Below, piece after piece: positions 54,160 to 64,000 of a stretch of 64,000 nt of DNA. The notes beneath the pieces are model-generated. The model did not search any database. It worked only from the letters and a program-made list of their open reading frames with translations, and was not told the DNA's origin. Positions within the stretch are counted from its first letter, which is position 1. Every line of letters begins with the position of its first letter. Source of the stretch: Rebecca billardiae RCC1528 (taxonomy: Eukaryota > Protista > Haptophyta); the NCBI GenBank assembly GCA_965240325.2, contig OZ251225.1, positions 3,658,001 through 3,722,000 on the forward strand. The letters are read 5' to 3'. The position numbers were made by a program, and so were the translations under genes.

Positions 54160-56172
54160 TCAGTCAAACTCGATTGGCCGGTCGGCCGGGTGGTCGATGC
54201 GATACACGAGGCGCACCGTGTGCTGCGCGCCGCCCGGCACGCGCACCACCCACACGAGCGTCGAGTCAGGCCGCTGGTACACCGCCGCGCCGCTCGCGCC
54301 CGCGCCAGTCGCGAGGATCTGCTCGACCTGCGCCTCGGGCGTGCCGGGCTCGATGGTGCGCACCCCCGCGCGTGCCGGCTCGAGCAGCGTCACAGAGATC
54401 TGCTCGTGCGACGAGCGCGGCAGCGGCATCGCCACGTGCACTGTCACGGCATGCGCGGGCTGCGTGTTGGCGATCACCGCGACCATCTCGCTCGTCACGT
54501 GCCGCGTCGCCGCGGAAAAGAGGGCGAGCCCGCTCGCCGCGCCCTCCTTGTCCCGGCGCGGCACGCCCTGCACGTGCACGCGCGGGTCCGGGCCGAGCGA
54601 GAGCGCCAACGCCTCGCCCGGCATCGTGCCGCGCAGCTCGGTGCTCGCGACAAAGGAGCCGTCGACAAACACGGAGCACGCCGAAGACGGGAGGAGCGGG
54701 TACGGGCTCGTGTTGTTCGCCGTGGCGCGCACGAAGGCGCGCGCGTCGAGCGAGGGCACGGCGGTGTGCACGAGGGTGGGCGTGAGCTCGATCAGCGCCA
54801 CCGTCACCTTGTGCGCACGGCCGTCTGCGCTGATGCTTGCGGCGTGCTGCACGCCGAAGCGCGTGCTGCCCGCGCCGCTGCCGAAGGCGGAGGTCGTGGC
54901 GACGGGCGGCGCGTCCCCGACCGGCTCCTCGTATGCATCTTCCTCCATCACCTCCTCCTCCATCACCGCCTCGCGCACGAACGCCTTGGACGCAGAGCGC
55001 GCCGCCGTACGCTTCAGCCCCAGCGCGCCCGCTGCCCGGGGCGCGCGCGCTGCGGGCTGCGGACGCGCGTACCGCACGCTGACGGGAGGCAGGGTGGGCG
55101 GCGTGCCGCCGGCCGCCGGCTGGGCGGTGGAGAGCGCGAGGCGCACACGCGCCCAGTCCTCGCCCGAGTCGTTCGTCACCAGCCCGTAGTAGCTGAGCTG
55201 CAGGCTGGCTGTGCTGTCGAGCGTGTCTGCGCGCACGTCGTACGCCGGCGTCCAGCGCGCGCCCGAGACGAGATAGCGCAGGCGCAGCCTGATGGGCGCC
55301 GACTTGCGCGACACGGAGACGCGCACGCGCACGGCGTACCGCCCCGCCTGCCCGCCCGGCGAGAGCGCGCGAATCCGCTCGCGCAGCGCCTCCGCCTCCG
55401 CCTCCACCGCCTGCCGAGCCGTGGCCAGCGCGCGCAGCTGCTCGTCGAGCGCCGCCGCGCGCTGCGCGTACAGCTCGAGGGCGTGCTCGATGGGCGGGGG
55501 GCTCGGCGTGGCGGCGGGCGCGCTCGACGTGGCCGGCTGCTGCGCGACGGCGGTGCAGTACGTCTCCACCAGCTCGCGGCTCTTGCTCGCGCGGCGCGTG
55601 GCGTCGCGATTCGCCTCCATCTTGGCCTGCGCTGCGAGCAGCTCGGCCTCGAGCCGAGCGCGCTCGGCGCGCTGCGGGGCGTCGGCGGCGGTGGCGTCGG
55701 CGTCGGCGGAGAGGAGCTCGCTCCCGACCTCGAGGATCGTCGCGCCGTTGCCGCTTGCCGGCTTGACGCGCAGCGACCCCTCATCCATACGCGAGGTCAG
55801 CCCGTGGATCAGCACACTCCACACGCCCGCCGCCGTGGCCTGCACGTCGATGGCGCGCTCGACCTCGGCGCGGTCGGCGTACACGACGACATCTTCGATA
55901 GGGCACGCATCTGCTGCGGCAAGCTGCACCTCCTGCTCCTCGACGTCGAGCAACAGAGGGCGCGTCTCAGACGGCCTCTCGCCGACAGCAGGCCGCAGCA
56001 CCTGTGACGGTCCCAATGGGCCGTCGGGCAGCGCGTCCACAGGCTTGACGGTCGTCACGGCGGCGGCGGCCGTGGCCACGCCCACGCACGTCGTCGCCAG
56101 GGCAGCGGTGAAGAAGCACGGCGTCCACCGCCGGCAGGCGCGCCGGCGCGCGCGCTCTGGCTCTATCGCCAT
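54160..56172 (-). CDS. DUF4140 + DUF4139 protein (mucoidy inhibitor MuiA-like family)
   Basis: Motifs IEDVVVYADRAEVER and DEGSLRV, a coiled coil, then LRYLVSGARWTPAYDVR and VTNDSGEDW..V.LALSTAQP. Confidence 0.88.
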   Translation of the reverse strand: MAIEPERARRRACRRWTPCFFTAALATTCVGVATAAAAVTTVKPVDALPDGPLGPSQVLRPAVGERPSETRPLLLDVEEQEVQLAAADACPIEDVVVYADRAEVERAIDVQATAAGVWSVLIHGLTSRMDEGSLRVKPASGNGATILEVGSELLSADADATAADAPQRAERARLEAELLAAQAKMEANRDATRRASKSRELVETYCTAVAQQPATSSAPAATPSPPPIEHALELYAQRAAALDEQLRALATARQAVEAEAEALRERIRALSPGGQAGRYAVRVRVSVSRKSAPIRLRLRYLVSGARWTPAYDVRADTLDSTASLQLSYYGLVTNDSGEDWARVRLALSTAQPAAGGTPPTLPPVSVRYARPQPAARAPRAAGALGLKRTAARSASKAFVREAVMEEEVMEEDAYEEPVGDAPPVATTSAFGSGAGSTRFGVQHAASISADGRAHKVTVALIELTPTLVHTAVPSLDARAFVRATANNTSPYPLLPSSACSVFVDGSFVASTELRGTMPGEALALSLGPDPRVHVQGVPRRDKEGAASGLALFSAATRHVTSEMVAVIANTQPAHAVTVHVAMPLPRSSHEQISVTLLEPARAGVRTIEPGTPEAQVEQILATGAGASGAAVYQRPDSTLVWVVRVPGGAQHTVRLVYRIDHPADRPIEFD

Positions 56173-56616
56173 CCGCCCCACGCACGAGTGGACGGGTCCC
56201 AACCGTGAAGGCCGCGTCCGTGGTGGAGCGCGGCCGAGTCGTCATCAGCAGTTCGCGGCGTGCACGAGCGGTAGTGTATCCAGATACAGTCAGCAGTGTT
56301 ATGTACTGTACGTCGCTTCCGGAGAGACTGTAGATCTGACTGACTGTGCAGACTCATCTCATGTCGCACTCAAAGTGGTGCTCGATGGCCGCACTGAGTC
56401 GGCCACCGGGGGTCGACCGATCTCAGCGTTCTTTGGCAACAATGAGCTGGGCCCGGTCGTCGTGTTGCTGCGCCTCGGTCTGCCTCGGGTTCAGAATGCC
56501 CAACCGGTCACCGGATCATCCTGGATCCGACACCGCGACGGGACGATTGACGAACGGCAGTGTCGGCCGCCGCCGATGAACTCAGCCTGCTGGCTGCTGC
56601 TGTGCGGTCATCATGC

Positions 56617-57153
56617 CTAGGCAGGCGGGCGCTCGACAACCATGACGACCTCATTCGTCACGGACTTGCGGTTCTCTTGGAATGCCTTCACCACCTCGTC
56701 CCACTCCTTGCCCGTCACGTCGAAGAGCGCCTTGACCTTCTTCGCCGCGGGCAGCAGCCCGAACGAGGTGTCCATGCGCATCGAGAAGGTGGTGGTCGCG
56801 CGCACGATGTCGCCCTCGCGCAGCTGATCATCGCTTTTGGTGACGACCACACGGCCATCTTTGGGCTCAACATTGAGATCGAACGGCACGGCGAAGCGCG
56901 CGACAAGAAACTCACTGCCCTCCACCATCGGCTGGAAGTCGACGGTGATGGCGCCCGCGCCCTCACCCATGTCGACCGTGAGCTCGGCCATCGCAGAGGC
57001 GCAGCGCGAGCTACGCGACGCGAGGGGTGCGGGTCGTGACGGCCCTAAGGCGCTTCGCTGCACGCCGCCATATCCCTCTGTCAGCGCCGCGAGGAGGAGC
57101 ACGCCGCCGACAACGAGAGGCCGGACGTAGTAAGCAGCCGTCATCATCGTCAT
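56617..57153 (-). CDS. Conserved-looking plastid-targeted hypothetical protein (PDZ-like fold possible)
   Basis: Signal plus transit peptide, then a globular domain VPFDLNVEPK...LREGDIVRATT...LFDVTGKEWDEVVKAFQEN...MVVERP. Confidence 0.65.
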   Translation of the reverse strand: MTMMTAAYYVRPLVVGGVLLLAALTEGYGGVQRSALGPSRPAPLASRSSRCASAMAELTVDMGEGAGAITVDFQPMVEGSEFLVARFAVPFDLNVEPKDGRVVVTKSDDQLREGDIVRATTTFSMRMDTSFGLLPAAKKVKALFDVTGKEWDEVVKAFQENRKSVTNEVVMVVERPPA

Positions 57154-57746
57154 TTCGCCGCCGAACGCGCGGATCGACGAAGAGATCTCAATCTCGCGGG
57201 ACTCCGCGGCTTCCGCCGTTCTTGGCTGTCGAGCCGTCGGCAGTTTTTTCGTCACCCGCGGATCACTCAAATCCCGATCGTCTGGTGGCAGCGGAATGCC
57301 AAGAATGTCGCGCCGCTGAAACGGGCTGAATGACCACGCGGCTCATCGGAAGAGCCGTAGTGCCCGTACGTAGTCGGCGCCACGACCGCGGCGTCCCGTC
57401 AGTCCACGGTCCCAGTTTGGCTCTCCGAGCACATTGTCTCTGCGGCCCGCAGGCTGGATCTGCGCGCAACACCGCGCGTCGCCGCTGATCGGTGTCGCCG
57501 AGCCGAATACAGTACTGCAGGCTACCGAGCGCGTGATGGTGCGCCATGATGACGGGCACAGCCACGCCTGCCCCGTCGGGCGGTCGGCTCAGCCCAGCCA
57601 CGAGCGTCGGGGTTGGCCCGACTCGCGCGTCGCGCTCGCTCGGCACCCGGGCGGCTGAGTGGCTGCCGCCGCCCAGCTGCCCTCGCGTGCACGCCCGCGC
57701 CCGCAGTCGTCGGCACGACGCGCGCGCCCTGCCGGCGCGCGCGCCG

Positions 57747-59455
57747 CTACTGCCCCCCGCCCGAGCCGCCGCCGCCCGCGAAGCTGCTGTAGAAGCGTCG
57801 GTTCGCCTTCTTCTTTTGCACGACCTCCTTGTACAGCTTGTCGCGGTAGTCCTGCACGCTGTACTTGGTGTTGTCGTCGATCGAGATGGCGATGATGTGC
57901 GGGCACGTCGGCTCGTCGCCCGTGTAGAACTGGGCGAGGTACGGGTGCTTCAGCGCCCCCTCCGCCGACAGCCGCTTCGCCGGGTTGAACTCGAGCAGCT
58001 TGTGCATCAGGTCGAGCGCGTCGTGCGAGGACGAGTATGATGCGGGCAGACTCCTGCGCGCGCACGGGCGCACGCGAGCGCACGCGCGCGGGGCGGGCGG
58101 CGGGCGGTGAGGGCGCGGCGGGCGGCGGGCGCGGCGCGGCCGAGCGCGCGCGCGCGCACCTCTTGCGCACGGGTGGCAGCGACTGCAGCATCGTCGCGGC
58201 AAACGCCGACTGGATGCTGTCCACGTCCGCCTGCGAGGGCATGCCCGTCACCTCGAGAATCTTCTCGAGCTGGTTCATCGTGGACGTGCCGGGGAAGAGC
58301 GGCTTGCCGCCGAGCATCTCGGCGAGGATGCAGCCGAGCGACCACATGTCCACCGCCTTGGTGTACGAGGTCGAGCCGAGCAGGATCTCGGGCGCGCGGT
58401 ACCAGCGCGTCGCGACGTAGTCGGTGAGCACCGAGGACGAGTCCACCCCGGAGTTGAGCGCCTTGATCGAGCGCGCCAGCCCAAAGTCGGCCACCTTCAT
58501 GTGGCACTCCTCGTTCAGCAGCAGGTTGGAAGGCTGCACCGCGCAGCGCGGAGGACGGGGCGCGCGCGAGCTCAGGCCCCGCGCGCGGTGCGCTGCGCCG
58601 CGCCGCGGTGCGGTGTGCGGTGCGGTGCAGTGCGGTGCGGGGCGGTGCTGCGGTGCTGCGGTGCTGCGGTGCTGCGGTGCTGCCGTGCTGCGGTGCTGCC
58701 GTGCTGCGGTGCTGCGGTGCTGCGGTGCGCGGTGCTGAGCTGTGCGGTGCTGAGCTGTGCGGTGCGCACCTTGAGGTCTCGGTGCACCAGGTCTGCGCTG
58801 TGCATGTATTTGAGCGCCTTTAGCACCTGGTAGATGACGTACTGCTTGTGGATGTCCTCCAGGATGTTGGCGCGGATCACCGCGTGCAGGTCCGTCTCCA
58901 TGTAGTCGAAGACCAGGTAGATGTCCTTATCGTTGTCCGCCTTGTGCACGTTCTGCAGCCGGATAATGTTTTCGTGGTTGGCAATCTCCTGCAGGTACAT
59001 GATCTCGCGGAATGTTCGCTGCGCGTCCGTGGCGTTCTGGTGGGCGGGGAGGGCGGGAGACAGCGGGGCGACGTGCACGGGCGGCGCACGCGCGCGTCAG
59101 CGCCCCGCCGCCGCCGAGCGCGCTCGGCGCACGTGCGCTCGGCCGGCGGCCGCGCCGAGTCGGCGCCGCCGCAGCGCGCGCCTGAAACGCGTCAAAGATC
59201 TTCTTCAACGCGACCACCTGCTTCGTCTTCTTGTCGCTCGCTTTGAAGACCACCGCATACGCCTGTGCGTGCACACGCGCGCATGGCACGCGCGCCGCGC
59301 GAGCCCGATCAGCACCCAGCCCGTGCAGCGCTGTGAGCCGCCACGGCCGCCGCCACGCGCCGCGCGCGGCCGTGCCGCGCGGCTCGTACCCCCTTGCCCA
59401 GCTTCTGCGAGATCTCGTATTTGCGTAGGATATGCTTGTCCACTTCTTCCACCAT
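57747..59455 (-). CDS. MAPK15: Atypical MAP kinase ERK7/8 (MAPK15-like), 5 exons
   Basis: Sequence EVDKHILRKYEISQKLGKG|AYAVVFKA..VALKKIFDAFQ|NATDAQRTFREI, then HRDLK|PSN and TDYVATRWYRAPE. Intron 59037-59181 is GC-AG. Confidence 0.93.
58590..58765. repeat. Intronic (GCGGTGCT)n / (GCGGT)n minisatellite in the MAPK gene
   Basis: Directly visible tandem 5-, 8- and 15-nt units. Confidence 0.9.
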
Positions 59456-59769
59456 CGCGCGCGCGCGACGGTCGCCGTGCGCGCCTGCGGCTCGCACTGA
59501 CGATCCAGGCGCGCGCCCCTACTGCCTGCAGCGCGATGGCTGCCCGTGCCGAGGCCCGGTTGTTGGCCAATGCGCGCAAGGCGTTATTTGGCGGTGGAAC
59601 TGACTTTTTGGGAGGCCAAATATGTGTCAGTTATCGGTCATAGTCACAACTTCACATCCAGTCGTGTGATGAACAGTCAAGCGGGACAGTCACTTAGCGG
59701 TTTCGTCAGCGGCCCGCTTTTTCGCGGGCGCGCAGCCTTGCCGACGACACGACGAGGCGACCTAGCACG

Positions 59770-61797
59770 ATGGCGACCGACGACGACGACGACCCACAGT
59801 ACCTTGTGGACGTGGTGAGCGCGGACTTCCCGCAGGCGCGCGTCGACCAGCTTGAAGCCCTGTGCGCGCACGTGCGCGGCGCTCTGCCAAGCGTCGGCGC
59901 GCCGGGCGGCTTTGCGCCCACGCGCCGCTTCGTGGTGGGCGTTGCGCACATTGCCGCCACGCCGCGCTCGGTGCTGCCGGCGCTGCTCGGCGGCGAGGTG
60001 GGCGGCGCGGACGGCACGCCGCACGAGCACGCGCCCTCGGGGGCGGCCCTCGCAGCTGAGCTCGCCTCCCTCGTGCTCGTCGACCTCTTCGACGCGCTCA
60101 CGCGCCTGCCGCGCGAGCAGCTCGCGCGCGCGCTGCGCGCGTACCGGCTGCCGGTCGAGCCGACCGACGGGGCGGACGCGGCGGTGCGCGAGGTCGTGGT
60201 GGACGACGGCGCGCCTCTCTCGCACGGCGATGCCGAGAACGAGCGCATGGCCGACGTGCTCGACAGCGACGACGAGGACAACGCGCTGGCTGAGCCGTTT
60301 GGCGCCGCTGCCGAGGGCGCGCACGGCACGCCCATGGCGAACGGCGGAGCGCACGACGCTGAGCTGGACGACGGGGAGGCGCCCGCGTGGGAGCAGCTGT
60401 GCGCGCGGCTGCGCGACTATGGGAGCCATCTGTCGTACCCCGCGCTCGCCGCCCTGCCCGCGCACGCGTGGACCGTCGAGCCTGCGGGCGCGGCGCGCGG
60501 CGCGGCCGTGGGCGCTGCGCGGCCGCTGGTGGCGCGCGTGTGCGCGCTGATCGCACGCGCAGCCGCGCGCGCGAGCGATGCGGGGCGAGGAGCGCGGGCG
60601 GGGATGGATTCTTCGGGGGCGGGTGCCATCCGTGCGGACCGGTGGGCGCAGCTGCTCACCGAGCACATGCTGCACACACCGACAGCGAGCGCGGCCGTGC
60701 TCGAGCCGTGCGTGCACGCGCTGAGCTCGCTGGCAGCGAGCGGCGCGGCCGCGCGCGCAACCATCGCTGGAGCGCTCGCGGCCGACGTGGCGTGGGCGCG
60801 TGGGCTCGGCGCGCAGCGGCCGGCAGTGCACGCGGCGCTCGCGGCCGAGACGGCCGTCGCGGCCGCCGCCGTGCGCGCCATCGCTGCGCGAGCCGCGCCG
60901 CCTCCGCCCGCCGTCGCAGCCGCCGTGGGCGAGGCCCAGGCGTGGGGATGGTTCCCGGAAACTTCTGTGGGCGCGGAGGAGTGCGAGCAGGTGGTGTGCG
61001 CGGCGGCTGCGGCGCTGACCACGTTTTGGGCGGCGCGAGCCGCCCCGCTCACCGCCGCGGAGCGCGAGCGCGCCGCGTGCGCCGCTATCCTCCTCGAGCG
61101 CACGGGGCTGCTCGCCGCGTGCGCCCACCTGCTCTCGGCGCGGCCGGCTGCGCCGTGCGCAGCTCCGTGCTGGGCGGCGCTGCTCGACGCGTGCTGCCGC
61201 CACGCGGAGCTCGCGGCGTTCGCGGTGGCGTCACCCGCGCTGAGACGCGCGGCGCTGGGCGACGGGGCCGATGCCGCGCGCGCTCAGACCTGGGGCTGGC
61301 TCGAGGCCGCCGCTCGGCCCACCGCGCCCGCGGCCCCAGCCGCCGGCTCGGCCGGAGCGCGCGACGCTCACGCGGCCGCGGCCGCCCAGCTGCTGAGCAC
61401 GGCGCAGGGGGCCGCCGCCGAGCTCGCGCACGTGGACGGCGGTGGTGGCGCGGGCGCGGGCGCGGCGATGGCGCAGTGTCGCGCGCTGCTGCGCGTGCTC
61501 GAGGCGCTCTCGACGCTCTGCGCCGCCCCGCATGGCCGCGCCATCGCCGCCTCGCTGGCGGCGCCCCGCACCGAGGCTGCGGGCTTCCCAGGCCCCCCTC
61601 AGCACCTGGGCGACAGCCTGGCGCGCGCGCTTGCGCTGATCAGCGGCTCAGCCGCTCGGCGGCCGCCGGCCGCGGAGGTCGCGGCCGCGCCGGCAGGCGA
61701 CGAGCCGGAATGGGCGCGCAAGCGCGAGGCGATGCGCGCTCAGCTGCTCGCGCGCGCCAAGGAGGTGCAGTGTGCGCCCGCAGGCAAGAAGGACTGA
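59770..61797 (+). CDS. Hypothetical Ala-rich helical protein (675 aa)
   Basis: Long ORF starting MATDDDDDPQYLVDVV, divergent from the MAPK gene. No family recognised. Confidence 0.55.
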   Translation: MATDDDDDPQYLVDVVSADFPQARVDQLEALCAHVRGALPSVGAPGGFAPTRRFVVGVAHIAATPRSVLPALLGGEVGGADGTPHEHAPSGAALAAELASLVLVDLFDALTRLPREQLARALRAYRLPVEPTDGADAAVREVVVDDGAPLSHGDAENERMADVLDSDDEDNALAEPFGAAAEGAHGTPMANGGAHDAELDDGEAPAWEQLCARLRDYGSHLSYPALAALPAHAWTVEPAGAARGAAVGAARPLVARVCALIARAAARASDAGRGARAGMDSSGAGAIRADRWAQLLTEHMLHTPTASAAVLEPCVHALSSLAASGAAARATIAGALAADVAWARGLGAQRPAVHAALAAETAVAAAAVRAIAARAAPPPPAVAAAVGEAQAWGWFPETSVGAEECEQVVCAAAAALTTFWAARAAPLTAAERERAACAAILLERTGLLAACAHLLSARPAAPCAAPCWAALLDACCRHAELAAFAVASPALRRAALGDGADAARAQTWGWLEAAARPTAPAAPAAGSAGARDAHAAAAAQLLSTAQGAAAELAHVDGGGGAGAGAAMAQCRALLRVLEALSTLCAAPHGRAIAASLAAPRTEAAGFPGPPQHLGDSLARALALISGSAARRPPAAEVAAAPAGDEPEWARKREAMRAQLLARAKEVQCAPAGKKD

Positions 61798-62619
61798 CTA
61801 TACCCAAACTCGAAGCGTAATCAGTACTCGTTGCGTGGATACGGGCCCTGAGGAGTGCTGACTCAGTGAGGGCCGTGCCGCGGTCGCCGGGACTGCAATC
61901 TCTCTGAGTGGACAGTCCCGCACCATCCCGTGGCCGTTCAGTAGGCTGTTCGGGTTCCGCGATAAGTAGCCTAATATTATATATATATATATATTATAAT
62001 ATATATGTGTGTTATACTAATTAATTAATACAGTGCATATCCGGCATAGCTAAGTGCATATCGGCTATAGTAGCGCGCCCGAAGTAGCGCGGCATATCCG
62101 CGCGCGTCGACGGCGACTCGATCCGGACTCTCCGACGCCCGCCCTCGGCCTCGCCCTCGCAGAAATCAGAATCGTCGCGCCGACGCGGACTGGCGGCGGG
62201 ACGGGGTTACCTAGACGGGTGACGCGGTTCACTGAGTGATCACTCACTTTCAGACACTCCGGATCCGGTCACTACTCCGACTGCTGACTGACTTATTCGA
62301 TAAAGCTATTAAGTCCGGTAGACTCCGAGACGGTAGTTCAAGTTGCCTGTACGTATCATACGAATAACAGTACGTAGTCAGCGACAGCAGTATAGTAGTC
62401 AGCGCGTGATGCAGCTGCAGTTCTGATGCCAGAGGCTCGTCGAGTCGTCGTCATGGATCCCATCGCGGATCCCCGCCCGAAATCACCACACCCGATCGAC
62501 TCACGGAAGCCTCGTCAGCACCAGGCTGCACTCCAGGGCCCGGCGGATGGACCGGGTCGGGCCGTCGTCCCGAAGCGTCAGTATCGATGAGCAGTCTGAT
62601 GAGACTGAGAGGACAAGGA

Positions 62620-64000
62620 TCAGTTGAAGAGCATGACGCACACCGTCACGTTGTCGGTGGTGCCGCGATCGAGCGCCTCGCCCACCAGCCGCTTGGCGAT
62701 GAGCTCGGCCGAGCGCGCCGTCGCGAGCGCGAGGCGCACCGCCTCCGCAGGCGGCAGCACGTCCCACAGCCCGTCGGTGCCGAGCAGGGCGAACGAGTCC
62801 TCTGGCCGCAGCGCCGTGGCCGTGCACTCGGGCGCCGGGCTGAGGCCGAGCGGGCGCAGCGCGCGGTCGCCGAGCGAGCGGGTGACCTCGATGACCCCGC
62901 CGACGCGCAGGCTGCCGTCGCGCGCGCAGATCGCCGAGCCGCCCGCCGCCTTGATGCGCGCCGCCTCGTCCTCGCGCGCGAGCGTGTGCGGCGCGTTGAG
63001 CGGCAGCGCGCGCCCCGCGCGGCACAGCACCGCGCGGCAGTCGCCCACGTGCGCCACATGCAGCGTGGAGCGGGCGAGCACGCACGCGAGCGCGGTGGCG
63101 CCGGAGTCGTCGGACGCGTTCGAGCCGAGCCACGCGCTATCCGCCGCGCCGAACGCCTGCGCGAACGCCTCGTCCATCGCCGCCGCGCCGCCGCCGCCGC
63201 TGCCGCCGTGCTTGGCCAGGCCCGCCGCCAGCCGCGCCGGCAGCGTGCGCGCGCTGAAGTCGGCACACGCCGCGCCGCCATGGCCGTCGAGGACGAGGCA
63301 GAGGCTGGGGCGCGCGGCCGCGTCGGCGTGCACGCGGAGCGCGGCGCGGTCCTCCATCCGGTCCCACCCGCGCGGCCCGGCGGACGCCTCGACCGCCGCG
63401 CTCAGCCGCACTACCCCCGCCTCGGCGCCGTCGCGCGCCTTGCCCGCCGCCGCCCACGGCGCGAGAGCTGGCCCGTGGCGCACAACAGTGGCGGGCGCGC
63501 TGGCCTGGCCCGCGCCCGCGACAGCGGCGGCGGCGTCGGGCGCGAGCCCCTCGCGGCGGTGCGCGGCGGTCTTGAGCGCGTCCCGTGTCGCCGCGTGCGC
63601 CTCGGCCAGCCCGAGCCCCGCCTCGCGCAGCGCGCCCTCCATCACCTCGAGCGCGTGCGCGCCCGTCGGCCGAGACTCGGGCGCAGGCGCCCACAGCCGC
63701 ATGCACAGCACCGTGTACCCGGGGCACACCTCGCGCGCGGGGGCGGCGAAGTCGGCGTCGGCGTCGGCGGTCGGCGCGCCGAGGCCCTCCGCCGCCGCGG
63801 GCGCGGCGGCCGGCTCGGGCATCGTCGGCCTCAGCCCCTCCGCCACCACCGCCCTGAGCAGCCCGTCGAGCGAGAGCCGCGCCTCGATCACGGTGTGCAT
63901 CTCCTCGGAGGTCGTGCGCGCGTCTGAGTACGGGATGGCGCCCGTGGCGAGCTCGTTGGCGAGGATGCCCAGCGCGTACGCGTCGGAGGCGAAGCTCGCG
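62620..64000 (-). CDS. Protein kinase + PP2C phosphatase fusion (5' part beyond the window)
   Basis: The frame is open to the window end and contains kinase subdomains IX-XI (SDAYALGILANELATGAIPY, GLRP, LWAPAPESRPT). The PP2C part has RMED, DGHGG, SGAT, HVGDCRAVL, TRSLGD, GTDGLWD and DNVT. Confidence 0.9.
   Translation of the reverse strand, partial: ASFASDAYALGILANELATGAIPYSDARTTSEEMHTVIEARLSLDGLLRAVVAEGLRPTMPEPAAAPAAAEGLGAPTADADADFAAPAREVCPGYTVLCMRLWAPAPESRPTGAHALEVMEGALREAGLGLAEAHAATRDALKTAAHRREGLAPDAAAAVAGAGQASAPATVVRHGPALAPWAAAGKARDGAEAGVVRLSAAVEASAGPRGWDRMEDRAALRVHADAAARPSLCLVLDGHGGAACADFSARTLPARLAAGLAKHGGSGGGGAAAMDEAFAQAFGAADSAWLGSNASDDSGATALACVLARSTLHVAHVGDCRAVLCRAGRALPLNAPHTLAREDEAARIKAAGGSAICARDGSLRVGGVIEVTRSLGDRALRPLGLSPAPECTATALRPEDSFALLGTDGLWDVLPPAEAVRLALATARSAELIAKRLVGEALDRGTTDNVTVCVMLFN

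Noticed and set aside
62620-64000. Kinase-PP2C fusion as a novelty
   Set aside because: This architecture is already known from plants and algae, so it is listed as a feature only.

Overview
Eukaryotic, very GC-rich nuclear DNA with short GC-rich spliceosomal introns and bipartite (signal + ASAF-type) plastid-targeting peptides. This points to an alga with a secondary red plastid; a haptophyte such as Pavlovales is my inference, not established. About 20 host genes lie in compact, often head-to-head islands: HspBP1/Fes1, PDI, Dre2/anamorsin, an SYCP3-like coiled-coil protein, a Maf + CoA-binding fusion, a GAF protein, COPS9/CSNAP, TraB, a Nudix hydrolase, a TauD dioxygenase, an NAD(P)-binding protein, a SnRK/MARK-type kinase, ascorbate peroxidase, a NiCoT Ni/Co permease, an F-box-like protein, DUF4139/4140, ERK7/MAPK15 and a kinase-PP2C fusion. 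The spacers are packed with mobile DNA. Main points: (1) an intact, very young Ty1/copia element (16261-23606) with TG...TA LTRs, no canonical PBS and a -1 slippery site (C CCA AAC) between protease and integrase; (2) two diverged ~855-bp TIR elements with 4-bp TSDs that share a hairpin with compensatory base changes; (3) a 3.25-kb giant palindrome and several other foldback or MITE elements; (4) a dispersed 46-bp motif in 8 copies and widespread micro-insertions in intergenic DNA. All coordinates were read by eye and no database searches were run.
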